Shown here: one piece after another, positions 39,336 through 49,085 of the stretch
Position numbering within the stretch: position 1 is the stretch's first letter
Layout of the letters: every line of letters begins with the position of its first letter
IMG/VR virus record: IMGVR_UViG_3300024256_000001
Span: 1-64,000 of that record
Length of the DNA stretch: 64,000 nucleotides
Strand: one strand, 5' to 3'
Source: a virus
The notes under the pieces: generated by a model
Seen by the model: the letters and a program-made list of their open reading frames with translations, nothing else
Told to the model about the DNA's origin: nothing
Databases searched by the model: none
Made by a program: the position numbers and the translations under genes

Positions 39336-40037
39336 GTGGGACGCGAGATCAAGCGAGTGCCGGCCGGCTTCGACTGGCCAATCGACAAGGTGTGGGGCGG
39401 CTTCACAAACCCGCACTATGTGCCGTGCCCGGCCGAGGGCTGCGACCACGGCACCAGCCTGCCGCTGCAGTGGTTGCGCGGGATGGTGGAGATGCTGCTG
39501 CTGCCTGCCATGCACAGGCCCAGTCGCGACCAGCGGCGGCACCCCTACTGGGACAGCGTGCCGGTGCCGCGAGGCGCGCCGCCGGCCAAGCTGCTGGAGC
39601 TGGGCGCGGGGCTGGCTGGTCGGGGGGCGGCCATGCCGGGCATGGGTCACGACGGCAGCGACCGCTGGGCGGCTACGACGCGCGTGCTGGCCGCTGCTGG
39701 GCTGCCTGAAGACTGGGCGTGCTGCGAGGTCTGCGATGGGCACGGCATCGACCCTGCGCACGTCGAGGCCTATGAGGCCTGGGTGGAGACCCCGATCCCC
39801 GAGGGCCCCGCGTACCAGCTCTGGGAGACGGTCAGCGAGGGCTCGCCGCAGTCCCCCACCTTTGAGACGCCGCGAGAGCTGGCGGACTGGCTGGGAGCCA
39901 ACTACCGAAGCCGGCTCTACCAGCAGAGCGCGGCGCAGTGGTTGCGCTTCATCGAGGGCCCAGGCTGGGCACCGAGCGGCATCAGCGGGCCTGACGGCTT
40001 CAAGACTGGCGTTGCGTACATGGTGGGGGAAGACTGA
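39336..40037 (+). CDS. hypothetical protein (GREIK N-terminus)
   Basis: About 233 aa from GTG 39336 (VGREIKRVPAGFDWPIDKVWGGF...). It shares its first residues with the next gene. The track start 39264 lies inside the structured RNA region. Confidence 0.5.
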   Translation: MGREIKRVPAGFDWPIDKVWGGFTNPHYVPCPAEGCDHGTSLPLQWLRGMVEMLLLPAMHRPSRDQRRHPYWDSVPVPRGAPPAKLLELGAGLAGRGAAMPGMGHDGSDRWAATTRVLAAAGLPEDWACCEVCDGHGIDPAHVEAYEAWVETPIPEGPAYQLWETVSEGSPQSPTFETPRELADWLGANYRSRLYQQSAAQWLRFIEGPGWAPSGISGPDGFKTGVAYMVGED

Positions 40038-40324
40038 TGGGGCGCGAGATCAAGCTGTGGCCGCGCGGCGATATGGCACCTGTCAAGCGGGCATATGTGC
40101 CCGGGACCGGCATTAAGCTGAAGTGCGAGTGTGGGGCCGACATTGAGCAGAACTGGGGCCGCGACTACCCCACGACGTACCCGTCCGGCCCGTTCAAGCT
40201 GCACGGCTACTGTCACGAGTGCGATGCCGAGCCGCTGCTGGGAATGGTGACGCTGCAGGTGGTGGCCGTGTTGGTGCCTGCCGAGGGCTTCACGGTGGTT
40301 GAGCAAGATGGGGTGTTGCCGTGA
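40037..40324 (+). CDS. hypothetical Cys-containing small protein
   Basis: 95 aa, MGREIKLWPRG..., with CEC and CHEC pairs. TGATG coupling upstream. Confidence 0.5.
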   Translation: MGREIKLWPRGDMAPVKRAYVPGTGIKLKCECGADIEQNWGRDYPTTYPSGPFKLHGYCHECDAEPLLGMVTLQVVAVLVPAEGFTVVEQDGVLP

Positions 40325-40563
40325 GTCTGCAGGCCGAGGCCACACGCCTTGTGCTGGCTGTGCCGCTCATCCCGAGCTGCACACCGCACAGCTTCGCAAC
40401 CGCTGCCTACACCTGCTGTGCGGCCCATAGGGCCAACCGTGCCCAGCGCGTGAAGGCTCTGCAGGCCTTGCTGGATGCGGGCGCGGCCAACACGTCGCCG
40501 CGCGCGGTGGCTGACGCTGGTATGCCGGAGGCGGCTGACTACTTGATGAGGGGGTGGTGGTGA
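40321..40563 (+). CDS. hypothetical protein
   Basis: 80 aa, GTGA overlap with the upstream stop. Confidence 0.4.
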   Translation: MSLQAEATRLVLAVPLIPSCTPHSFATAAYTCCAAHRANRAQRVKALQALLDAGAANTSPRAVADAGMPEAADYLMRGWW

Positions 40564-41078
40564 TGAGCCTGCTACTTGGTGAGTTTGACGGGCTGAGCGA
40601 CTGGCTGCGGACCACGGCGCGCGAGTACGACGCCAACGGCCTGCAGGATGCGGCTGGCCAGCTCCTTGAGCTGGGCGACGTGGCCGAGCAGTTGGAGGCC
40701 CAGGCCGAGCTGAGCCGCAAGATGGAAAGCGTCTACAACGTGGTGCCGGGGCCGACCTGGGAGGCCGACTTGATCGCGGCCGTGTTTGAAGGTGCGGAGC
40801 TGGACGCCGAGATCATCGAGGTCTGGCCCAAGGTGGTTGACCTGCTGGGCGATCCTATGGACGTGCTGGAGACGCTGCGCGGGGTGCTCGCGCACGTTGA
40901 CGCGCTGGCCGTCATGCTGGATGTGAGCCGGTCGGATCTGCCGGTCGACGCTGTGGATCAGGTTGTGCTGGAGCAAAGCAAGGCCGCGACCCTGCTGGGC
41001 TGCGCGCCCAACGATCTGGTGGGGCACACGGCGCGGCTGGTCGATGCGCTGACGGCGCTGGAGGACTTGCTACCGTGA
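40563..41078 (+). CDS. acidic hypothetical protein
   Basis: 171 aa from ATG 40563 (TGATG overlap). Very D/E/L-rich. Confidence 0.5.
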   Translation: MSLLLGEFDGLSDWLRTTAREYDANGLQDAAGQLLELGDVAEQLEAQAELSRKMESVYNVVPGPTWEADLIAAVFEGAELDAEIIEVWPKVVDLLGDPMDVLETLRGVLAHVDALAVMLDVSRSDLPVDAVDQVVLEQSKAATLLGCAPNDLVGHTARLVDALTALEDLLP

Positions 41079-41680
41079 TCATTTCAAGCCAACTTGCAGC
41101 CATGATCGACGCTGGCGCGGGCGACTATCACGCGCTTGTCTACAAGCTCCGCGATGAGCGCGACAGGCTGGAAGACGCCCTTACTGCCGTAGTCAACAGG
41201 TTGACCGAGCTGGAGGATGTGGGCGTAGACGCATGGGTCGCAGACGCGGAGTCCCAGGTCCGCGCGAAGATGGCCGACGTGGACGCCATGCGCTTGCTGC
41301 GCCGGATGCCCTTGCTCTACAGCGCAGCGCCAGCGCCAGCGCCAGCGCCAGCGCCAGCGCCTGAACGCGCGCCTGACGGCCTGCTGTCCACCTGGGTTGT
41401 TGCCCTACCCAAGAGCCCCAGGCCGGTCACACGCGCGCGGCTGATCTACATTCAGGACCTAGCCCTTAGCGGCGCGCGGCTGGCTGCGCGTCCGTTCGTC
41501 GCTGACCGTGCTTCGGCCAACGTGGTGGATTTGAGTGCTACCGGCCTCATGGGCTCCGGGGCAGCTAACACCTTGCTCGCAGCTTGCGAGCAGCGCCAGC
41601 TGATCGTCAAAGCGGAGCGCGTGCGTGCGCCTGGGTCCGACCGTCGCCGCGTGAGCACCTACAGGTTGAGCAGCACATGA
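41075..41680 (+). CDS. hypothetical protein
   Basis: 201 aa, GTGA overlap upstream. N-terminal coiled coil, an (AP)n linker and a basic C-terminal region. Confidence 0.5.
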   Translation: MIISSQLAAMIDAGAGDYHALVYKLRDERDRLEDALTAVVNRLTELEDVGVDAWVADAESQVRAKMADVDAMRLLRRMPLLYSAAPAPAPAPAPAPERAPDGLLSTWVVALPKSPRPVTRARLIYIQDLALSGARLAARPFVADRASANVVDLSATGLMGSGAANTLLAACEQRQLIVKAERVRAPGSDRRRVSTYRLSST

Positions 41681-41886
41681 TGGGCCGCTACACCTTGATC
41701 GTCTTGCTTGCGATGGCCGCCGCAGCCTGCGAGTATGCCGAGGCCAGCGCGACACCTGAGCGCGTGGTGATCTGCAAGACTGGACGCGGGCCTGGGCGGG
41801 TGCGCGTACCAATGGGGGTGCCTGTGATCAACGCTGGAGTTACGCCGGGCGGCACCGTGTTCGCCTGCTGGGAGGGGTGGCGCTAA
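41677..41886 (+). CDS. small putative lipoprotein
   Basis: 69 aa from ATG 41677 (ATGA overlap). MMGRYTLIVLLAMAAAAC has a lipobox-like Cys. Confidence 0.45.
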   Translation: MMGRYTLIVLLAMAAAACEYAEASATPERVVICKTGRGPGRVRVPMGVPVINAGVTPGGTVFACWEGWR

Positions 41887-43775
41887 TGGCCTGGAAGCGA
41901 ACCAGCCCAAGCCAGATCAAGACGGTGCGCCGCTGCGCGCGCCGCTGGTGGTGGCAGAAGATCAAGGGCCTGCCCGACCCGGCTGGGCGCGCCGCCCAGG
42001 AGGGGCAGCGCATCCACAAGGTGACAGAGGACGCGCTGGGCAAGGGCAAGCCGACCACGGACGCCTGTGCGCTGGCGCTGATGGAAGAGGCGGGGGTGCT
42101 GGGCCACCGCTTCGACCCCGCCGATCTGGAGCTGAAATTTACCGCCCAGCCGACCGGCTACCCCGTCAACGTGGCTGGCGTGATCGACTTGGTGGAGCGT
42201 GACGCCAACCGGATCACGGACTGGAAGACCACGAGCAATCTACGGTACGCGCCGTCCGATGATGAGCTGCCCTACAACGTCCAGGCCGTGCTCTACAGCG
42301 ACGTAGCTGTGACGCACCTGGGCTTCACGCTGCCTGTGTCGTTCCGGCTGATCTACGCCACCCGCGAGGCCCGGCCCAAGACGCGGACGGTGGAGCACAC
42401 GTTTAACCGTGCGGAGCTGGACCGTGGCTTGGATCTGTTCCGCGCCGACGTGGACCAGCAGGTCCAGCTGGCCCAGATCAACGACGCCCGCGCCATCCCA
42501 CACAACCCCGACGCCTGCAACGACTACGGCAAGCGATGCCCGTTCTTCCGCCGCTGCCTGACCGCTGGCATGCAGATCAACGGCCCCCGCTTCGGCCAAC
42601 CGACGACTACCGCAAAGGATACGCCCATGAATCCCCTTCTGGCCCTGCTGAACAAGACCAAGCCCGCCACCCAGCCCGAGCCCAGCACCAGCGCATTCCT
42701 GGCGGGGCTCAACAGCACCAAGACGGCCCAGGCCGAGCCGCCCGTGGTCGAGCCGCCCGTGGTCGAGCCCGCCCAGGCCGAGCCGCCCGCGCACGGCTGG
42801 CAGGTCGGGCACCTTGTCCAGCTGGGCGACAGCATCACCGCGATCAAGGCCCTAGTGGGTGACGACGCGGCCGAGCTGGATACCGGCGTCGTGGCCTACC
42901 TGACCGAGTTGGTGCGGCCGGGCGAGGATGCGCCCAGCCCGCCCAGCACCATGCACGACCCGCTGCGCGACGGCATCAACCCGCCCGACGGCGTGCCCGC
43001 CGACGAGGTTGTGCCCGTGGTCGTCAAGACCCGCGCCATGCGCCTGCCGAGCAACTGCCCCGCCCAGCCCGGCGAGCTGGTGAGCACGCTGCGCAAGGCC
43101 GACGCCATCGAGGCCCGCGCGTGGCTGCTGACGGCCGTGGGCGAGCCCGAGCCCTACGGCAAGGGCATCACCAGCGCCGCCAACGCCAAGGCCGACGTGC
43201 TGGCCCTGTGCGTCCAGCTGGCGCAGCGTGGCCCCGCCGTGCCACCATCCGACACGGCCCCCACCAACAACGCCACCGCGCCCACGGTGGAGGTGGGGGC
43301 CAGCGAGCCCGCCCCCGGCGACACACCCCACCCCGTCGCCGAGGGCGCGGCTTGCACTTTGACCGAGCGCCCGCCCATGACCGCAGTCAGCCCTGGCGTG
43401 GCCGCGCTGACCAAGTACGACCCCACCAAGGGCGCGCGCGCCGTCAACGCGGCTGTGACCGATTGGATCAACGCGCGCACGCTGGTGCTGGTCGGCTGCG
43501 TGCCGTCCGAGTCGGTGCCGTTCACCCCGCTGGCGCAGCTGGTGGAGCCGCTGGAGCGCGAGGTCTGCGCGGAGAATGGGGGCGCGCCCTACGTCGGGCT
43601 GGTGAAGGACTACCAGATCAGCGGCTACTGTATGGCCGCCGCCAAGCTCCGCATGGGGCTGGAGACGGACGCGATCACGCTGCCGCCCCTGGTGGTCTGT
43701 GACCTGAGCATGCCCGGCGCGCGTGACTACCTGGGCGTGCTCGCCCGCTTCTGCGCGATGGTGATGCGGCCGTGA
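41886..43775 (+). CDS. Cas4/RecB-like PD-(D/E)xK exonuclease fused to a long C-terminal extension
   Basis: 629 aa. GVIDLVE, ITDWKTT and YNVQAVLY motifs, plus four Cys (C17, then CNDYGKRCPFFRRC) as in the Cas4 Fe-S cluster, all within the first about 225 aa. The remainder is a P/A-rich linker plus an unknown domain. Confidence 0.65.
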   Translation: MAWKRTSPSQIKTVRRCARRWWWQKIKGLPDPAGRAAQEGQRIHKVTEDALGKGKPTTDACALALMEEAGVLGHRFDPADLELKFTAQPTGYPVNVAGVIDLVERDANRITDWKTTSNLRYAPSDDELPYNVQAVLYSDVAVTHLGFTLPVSFRLIYATREARPKTRTVEHTFNRAELDRGLDLFRADVDQQVQLAQINDARAIPHNPDACNDYGKRCPFFRRCLTAGMQINGPRFGQPTTTAKDTPMNPLLALLNKTKPATQPEPSTSAFLAGLNSTKTAQAEPPVVEPPVVEPAQAEPPAHGWQVGHLVQLGDSITAIKALVGDDAAELDTGVVAYLTELVRPGEDAPSPPSTMHDPLRDGINPPDGVPADEVVPVVVKTRAMRLPSNCPAQPGELVSTLRKADAIEARAWLLTAVGEPEPYGKGITSAANAKADVLALCVQLAQRGPAVPPSDTAPTNNATAPTVEVGASEPAPGDTPHPVAEGAACTLTERPPMTAVSPGVAALTKYDPTKGARAVNAAVTDWINARTLVLVGCVPSESVPFTPLAQLVEPLEREVCAENGGAPYVGLVKDYQISGYCMAAAKLRMGLETDAITLPPLVVCDLSMPGARDYLGVLARFCAMVMRP

Positions 43776-43817
43776 GCGAGGCAGGCCACCTACGGGCGCG
43801 GGGGGCGCGTCAAGCCG

Positions 43818-43985
43818 GTGACCAGCTGCGACGACTGCCCGTGCGCTGCCTACAACGATCACCCGATGGTGCAGGGGTCAACCTGCACGCTGGACGGGCG
43901 CGATGCTGACGGGGGCACCCCGCCGCCCGAGTGCCCCCTGCGGGCCGGGCCGATCACCCTTCGACTGCTGGAGACGACACCATGA
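43818..43985 (+). CDS. possible small Cys-rich protein
   Basis: 55 aa from a GTG start (VTSCDDCPCAAYNDHPMVQGSTCTLDG...ECPL...). Its stop overlaps (ATGA) the start of the next gene. Confidence 0.3.
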   Translation: MTSCDDCPCAAYNDHPMVQGSTCTLDGRDADGGTPPPECPLRAGPITLRLLETTP

Positions 43986-44254
43986 AGCAAGCACACTCCC
44001 AGACGCACCAGCTGACCTTCGGGCCGCTAACTTTCAGGGCCGTTCTCGGCCTGCTGTGGATGCTGGTGCGCGGCAAGCGCCCCATCATCTTGGTGGGGGT
44101 CCGCACCCGCGCCGAGGTCAGCGGCAAGGGGATCCGCCAGCGCATCAACACCACGTTGACGGCCGGGGACATGCAGATCCGGTGTGAGCGCCAGCTGGCC
44201 AAGGATCTGCGCGCGGAGCTGGCCGAGCGCGAGCGGGCCGATGCCGCGTCCTGA
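43982..44254 (+). CDS. hypothetical protein
   Basis: 90 aa from ATG 43982. Confidence 0.45.
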   Translation: MKQAHSQTHQLTFGPLTFRAVLGLLWMLVRGKRPIILVGVRTRAEVSGKGIRQRINTTLTAGDMQIRCERQLAKDLRAELAERERADAAS

Positions 44255-44423
44255 CCAGCACACCGGGCAGGTTCGCGAGCTGGTGCGGGAGCTGGACGCC
44301 ACCAGCCTGCCGCCAAGCCTGTGGCCCTACCACCCGCTGCCCTCGTGGCCGCATCACGTCCTGATGAGCCGGAAGGCACTGTTTGAGCGCCAGCAGCGGA
44401 GGCAGCATGAGCAGCGACCATGA
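44241..44423 (+). CDS. possible small ORF
   Basis: 60 aa from ATG 44241, overlapping both neighbours. Confidence 0.25.
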   Translation: MPRPDQHTGQVRELVRELDATSLPPSLWPYHPLPSWPHHVLMSRKALFERQQRRQHEQRP

Positions 44424-44637
44424 TCACCTGACCGAGCGCCTGGGCCTGCTACTGGACGAAATGGACGTGGGCCACCGCTTCGACCCCGCCGATCTGGCCT
44501 GGGCGTCAGAGCTGAACAACATCGCCGCGCGCCTGGGCGAGATGGCCACCAACGCGGAGCTGGCCCACAGCCTGCGACGTGGGCGCGCCGCCCAGCGTGG
44601 CGTTAACACCCTGGACGTGGAGCCCGACGACCTGTGA
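44407..44637 (+). CDS. hypothetical protein
   Basis: 76 aa from ATG 44407 after GGAGG. Contains GHRFDPADL, encoded by the 30-nt exact repeat. Confidence 0.45.
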   Translation: MSSDHDHLTERLGLLLDEMDVGHRFDPADLAWASELNNIAARLGEMATNAELAHSLRRGRAAQRGVNTLDVEPDDL

Positions 44638-46469
44638 GCATCGAGCCCAACGAGCTGCTGGCGCGCCTGCGAGGCATGACCAGCGCCCCCGCCCCCGCTC
44701 AGCTCGATTGGGTGGCCGCGCTCAACAGCACGCGGGACCAGAGCGCCCCGCCGCGCGTGGACGACGTGACCCGCATCGTTGAGCTGCCCAGCGTCGACTA
44801 TCACACGCGGCGGGACCTGACGGACCTGCTACGGCTGCCGGGCGGCACCATGAAGCTACGCCCGATCCAGAGCGCGGCTCTACACGCGGTACGGGACGCC
44901 CAGGGCGCGCTGCTGCCCATTGGGGTCGGGCATGGCAAAACGCTAGCCAACATGCTCGCCGCCACGGTGCTAAGCATCCCTGCCGACGTGTGGCGCGAGT
45001 ACACCGGGCTAGTCGTGCCAGCCTGCGCCCCGATTACCCGCGTGCTCTACATGACGGCCGCTGGAGCTGTCACCCAGGCGCGCCAGAATGTGTTGGAGCT
45101 GTCCGCTCACTGGCGGCTGCCGGGTAGCATCACAGTCCGCAGCTACAGCGAGCTGAGCCAGCCCAAAAGTAGCGCCGCGCTGCTTGAATGGATCGGACAC
45201 CCCGCGAATCAAACGCTGGTCGTGCTGGACGAGGCCCACAAGCTCAAGCGACCGGAAGCGGCCCGCACAAAGCGATTCCTACGCGCCCACGCCAAGCTAG
45301 ACGGCGTGCGCTACATCGTAGCGTCCGGCACCCTGCTGAGCCGGACGCTACGCGACGGCGCGACCCTGGCAGCTGTGGCGCTGGGCGCGCGCACCCCGCT
45401 ACCGATCAACAACACGGTCCTGCGCGGCTGGTGCTCCTGGCTGGACGACACGGCAGAGGCACCCGACCCTAGCGCCTGGGGCGTGATCCGGCCCCTGGTG
45501 ACCGCGTTCGCCCCGCCGCCAGCGCATCGAACCATGCGCGAGACGGCGCGCCTAGCGTTTCAAGCGCGTTTCCGCAGCGCCCCCGGCGTGGTCGCCAGCA
45601 CTGACGGCGCGCTGGGCGTCAGTTTGCAGATCAGGACGCTGCGGTCACCTGAGCTGCCCTCAGCCGTCCTAGAGCAGCTGGCGGTTGTGGAGGCGGGGGG
45701 TAGCCCTGACGGCGATGAAGTATATGAGGACGAGCTAGCCGAGGCGCGTGCAAGGCGACAGCTGGCGTGCGGCTTCTGGTATCGCTGGGAATGGGGGCCG
45801 GATGGCCCCGATGAGCCTTGGCTGGACGCCCGGCGCGAATGGCACCGCCAGCTCCGCGCTGAGCTGCGCACCAACAGCCGCGAGCACTACGACTCGCCCA
45901 TGCTGGTCGGTGCGGAGCTGGCGCGCCGCGATGCACGCGGAGCGGACACTAGCGAGCTAGGCCGTGCCCGGCGCGCGTGGCTGGTGGAGCGCGAGCGCCG
46001 CCCCCAGCCCCCGCCGACCGTAGCCGTGTGGGTTAGCGACTTCCTGATGCGGGACGCGGCCGAATGGCTGCGCGGGCGCAACGGCGCGCTGCTGTGGTAC
46101 GAGTCGCGGGCCATCGCGGACAAGCTGGAGGATCTGGGCGTTGAGGTAGTGCGGGCTGGGCAGGACGTGCCGCACGGCACTGATCGCCCGCTGGCGTTGA
46201 GCGTTCGGTCGCACGGGACTGGTTTGAACTTGCAAAGGTGGTCAAGCTCGCGCACTATCGAGTGCCCGCCGTCAGCGACGGTCTGGGAGCAGAAGATCGG
46301 GCGGCTGCACCGCCCAGGACAAACAGCCGAGGAGGTAGTGGAAGAGGTCTATACGCACTGTGAGACGATGAGAGACGCATGGAACCGCGCGCGATCTGGT
46401 GCGCGCATGATTGAGCAGACAACGGGCAACGCACAAAAGTTGTGCTATGCCGACATTGCGACAAGGTGA
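44634..46469 (+). CDS. SF2 (DEAD/SNF2-like) helicase
   Basis: 611 aa. Motif I PIGVGHGKTL, motif II VVLDEAHKLK, motif VI QKIGRLHRPGQ. GTGA overlap upstream. Confidence 0.8.
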   Translation: MSIEPNELLARLRGMTSAPAPAQLDWVAALNSTRDQSAPPRVDDVTRIVELPSVDYHTRRDLTDLLRLPGGTMKLRPIQSAALHAVRDAQGALLPIGVGHGKTLANMLAATVLSIPADVWREYTGLVVPACAPITRVLYMTAAGAVTQARQNVLELSAHWRLPGSITVRSYSELSQPKSSAALLEWIGHPANQTLVVLDEAHKLKRPEAARTKRFLRAHAKLDGVRYIVASGTLLSRTLRDGATLAAVALGARTPLPINNTVLRGWCSWLDDTAEAPDPSAWGVIRPLVTAFAPPPAHRTMRETARLAFQARFRSAPGVVASTDGALGVSLQIRTLRSPELPSAVLEQLAVVEAGGSPDGDEVYEDELAEARARRQLACGFWYRWEWGPDGPDEPWLDARREWHRQLRAELRTNSREHYDSPMLVGAELARRDARGADTSELGRARRAWLVERERRPQPPPTVAVWVSDFLMRDAAEWLRGRNGALLWYESRAIADKLEDLGVEVVRAGQDVPHGTDRPLALSVRSHGTGLNLQRWSSSRTIECPPSATVWEQKIGRLHRPGQTAEEVVEEVYTHCETMRDAWNRARSGARMIEQTTGNAQKLCYADIATR

Positions 46470-46474
46470 GACAG

Positions 46475-46933
46475 ATGGCTTTCATTCCCGGTCAATTCAA
46501 GGGCGTCGGTGACACCGACTTGCCCGGTGCCGCCCGGCACCCCTTCATCAACAAGATGCCCCTGGGCGAGTACGAGCTAGAGGTCATGGAGCTGCGCGGC
46601 TTCGCCAAGCGCGACGGCGTGGTCGCGTTCGCGGCCGATCTCAAGATCATCAGCGGCCCCGACGGCGCGGACGGCCTGCCCCCCGCCGTGTGCTTCCTGA
46701 CCGATCAGGGTGATTTCTACTACGACCGCGATATCAAGGCGCTGGCCAACGGTCTGACGGGGGGCGCGGTCGCCCCCGCCGAGATCAACGACGCGATGCT
46801 GGAGGCCATGTGCGCCGACACCCAGCCCGCCGCTGGCAGCCGCACGGGCGCGACCGTGTGGGCCAAGCCCAAGAAGGACGGCACGGGTGACTTCAGCGTG
46901 GTGAGCTTCCACCCGCTCAAGCCCAAGGCGTAG
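46475..46933 (+). CDS. hypothetical protein (possible ssDNA-binding role, by position only)
   Basis: 152 aa from ATG 46475 after AAGGTGA. Located between the helicase and polymerase genes and followed by a hairpin. Confidence 0.45.
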   Translation: MAFIPGQFKGVGDTDLPGAARHPFINKMPLGEYELEVMELRGFAKRDGVVAFAADLKIISGPDGADGLPPAVCFLTDQGDFYYDRDIKALANGLTGGAVAPAEINDAMLEAMCADTQPAAGSRTGATVWAKPKKDGTGDFSVVSFHPLKPKA

Positions 46934-46945
46934 CGGCTGGGCACA

Positions 46946-46963
46946 CCGGCCCCCGTGGGCCGG
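46946..46963 (+). terminator. hairpin after the 46475 gene
   Basis: CCGGCCC-ccgt-GGGCCGG, 13 nt after the stop. Confidence 0.4.
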
Positions 46964-47055
46964 GTCGCCCACGCTTACTCACCAGCCTCTAGGCGCTCGA
47001 CGCAGTGATCGAGCAGGTTAGTGGGTAGGCGTGGACGACCAGAGGGGTGGGACCC

Positions 47056-48852
47056 ATGCGCGATCTGACAGTAGACACCGAGACGGCCCTCATCGCAGAG
47101 GGGCGGCTTGCGCCGCCTATGGCCTGCGCAAGCTGGGCTGATAGCAGCGGCGCGGGGCTTCTGGACCCTGACCGGGGCCTGGACCTTGTGCGTGATGCGC
47201 TGCGGGACAGCGGGACGCGGCTGGTCGGGCATCATATGCCCTATGACCTGGGCGTGTGCGCCCAACGCGACCCCAGCTTGCTGCCCCTGATCCACAGCGC
47301 CCTGGACGCCGACCGGATCGTGTGTACCAAGGTCAACAGCCAGATCCAGCTGGTCGCAGGCGTCCACAACCAGCCCGCGCACAGCTTGGCCGATGAGGCT
47401 CGCCGCTGGCTGGACGTGCAAGTGGGCGGCAAGGGCGGCGACGGGTGGCGGCTGCATTACCGCAAGCTGATCGGCATCCCTGTGACCGACTGGCCAGCCG
47501 ATGCCCGCGACTACGCTGTGACCGACGCCATGCTCACCCGCGACGTGTGGGAGGCCCAGCAGCGCCGCCCTGTCCCCAATCTAGACGAGCAGATGCGGAG
47601 CGCCTGGGCGCTGCACACAATGGGCGCGTGGGGCTTCCGCATCGACCCCTGCGCGGCGCGCGAGCTGGACGCCAAGCTGCGGCCCCCCGTCGAGGCTGCC
47701 CGCGCCCAGCTGACGGCCTGGGGCCTGCTGCGCGAGGACGGCACTAAGGATCTCAAGCTGATTAAGGCCCTGGTGACCCGCGCCTACAACGGCGCGCCGC
47801 CCACGACGGACAAGGGCAACGTCCAAACGTCCGAAGAGGTCTTGAGCGAGTCGGGCAACGTCCAGCTGATGAAGCTGGCGAGCATCGCCACCGCAGAGAA
47901 AGAGCTGGCCGCGTTCCTGCCCTTCTTGTTGCGCGGCGCTGAGTCTGGCCTGCCGGTATGCCCCGAGTGGAACAACCTCGTTAGGTCTGGGCGTACCAGC
48001 TGCCGCAAGCCGGGCGCGCAACAGCTCCCCCGCCGCGCTGGGGTGCGTGAGTGCATCGTGCCGCGCAAGGGTAACTTGTTCTTCGGCGCGGACTACGACA
48101 CCGCCGAGTTGCGCAGCTTGGCGCAGAACATTTACTGGTACATGGGCAAGGAGGGGGCGTTGATGCGCGCGCTCCGCGCGGGCCTGGACCCTCACCTACA
48201 GATGGGAGCGGCCATCGCGGGCGTGAGCTACGACAAGATCGCGGCGGCTTACGCGGCTGGTGAGGCTTGGGCCAAGGATGCGCGGTCACTGGCGAAGGCC
48301 CCCGGATTTGGATTCCCGGGGGGCCTGGGGGCGCGGTCCTTTGTCGACTTCGCCAAGGGCTACGGCTTCACGCTGACGCTGGATCGCGCCAAGGAGCTAA
48401 AGCGACTGTGGCTCCAGACCTACCCGCTGATGAACGACTATTTCGCGATGGTGGGCAGCTGGACGGGCGCGGGGAACACCACGATCACACAACCCTGGTC
48501 GGGCCGCCTGCGGGCTGATACGGGCTACACTGACGGCTGTAATACGCTGTTCCAGGGCCTGACCGCCGATTACGCAAAGATGGCCCTGTATCGCGTGACG
48601 CGCGCCCAGCTGACCGATACCAGCTCCGCGCTCTACGGGTCGCGGCTGGTCGTATTCGTCCACGACGAGTTGGTGGGCGAGTGCCCCGCCGAGCAAGCGC
48701 CCGAGGCAGGCGAAGAACTGGCGCGCATCATGCGCGAGTGCGCCCAGGAGGTCTGTCCCGACGTGCCGCACGGGGCCGACCCCTACCTGATGAGCCGGTG
48801 GACAAAGAGCGCGAAGACGCGCCGAGACAAGAGGGGGCGGCTGTGTCTGTAG
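47056..48852 (+). CDS. family A DNA polymerase with 3'-5' exonuclease domain
   Basis: Exo I LTVDTETAL, motif A FFGADYDTAELRSLAQ, motif B RSLAKAPGFGFPGGLG, motif C FVHDELVGE. ATG 47056 after GAGGGG. Confidence 0.85.
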   Translation: MRDLTVDTETALIAEGRLAPPMACASWADSSGAGLLDPDRGLDLVRDALRDSGTRLVGHHMPYDLGVCAQRDPSLLPLIHSALDADRIVCTKVNSQIQLVAGVHNQPAHSLADEARRWLDVQVGGKGGDGWRLHYRKLIGIPVTDWPADARDYAVTDAMLTRDVWEAQQRRPVPNLDEQMRSAWALHTMGAWGFRIDPCAARELDAKLRPPVEAARAQLTAWGLLREDGTKDLKLIKALVTRAYNGAPPTTDKGNVQTSEEVLSESGNVQLMKLASIATAEKELAAFLPFLLRGAESGLPVCPEWNNLVRSGRTSCRKPGAQQLPRRAGVRECIVPRKGNLFFGADYDTAELRSLAQNIYWYMGKEGALMRALRAGLDPHLQMGAAIAGVSYDKIAAAYAAGEAWAKDARSLAKAPGFGFPGGLGARSFVDFAKGYGFTLTLDRAKELKRLWLQTYPLMNDYFAMVGSWTGAGNTTITQPWSGRLRADTGYTDGCNTLFQGLTADYAKMALYRVTRAQLTDTSSALYGSRLVVFVHDELVGECPAEQAPEAGEELARIMRECAQEVCPDVPHGADPYLMSRWTKSAKTRRDKRGRLCL

Positions 48853-49085
48853 CCTGGACCAAGAGCAGTATGTGCGGGCGCATCTACTTCACCCACCCAA
48901 GATCAGGCGTAGAGGTGAGCCGCCCGCACCGCGCCATGCTGGGGCCGTGGGCCTGGGGCTGGCCGCGCGCTGGCGTTGCGATGCGCCAGCTGCGCGACGG
49001 TCGCACCATGCCCCTGGAGGACGCCCACGCGTGGGCTCAGATTGAGGCCAGCGCCTGGGTTCGCGATCTGGAGGACCTGCTGTGA
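48843..49085 (+). CDS. hypothetical protein
   Basis: 80 aa from GTG 48843, overlapping the polymerase 3' end by 10 nt. Confidence 0.4.
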   Translation: MSVAWTKSSMCGRIYFTHPRSGVEVSRPHRAMLGPWAWGWPRAGVAMRQLRDGRTMPLEDAHAWAQIEASAWVRDLEDLL

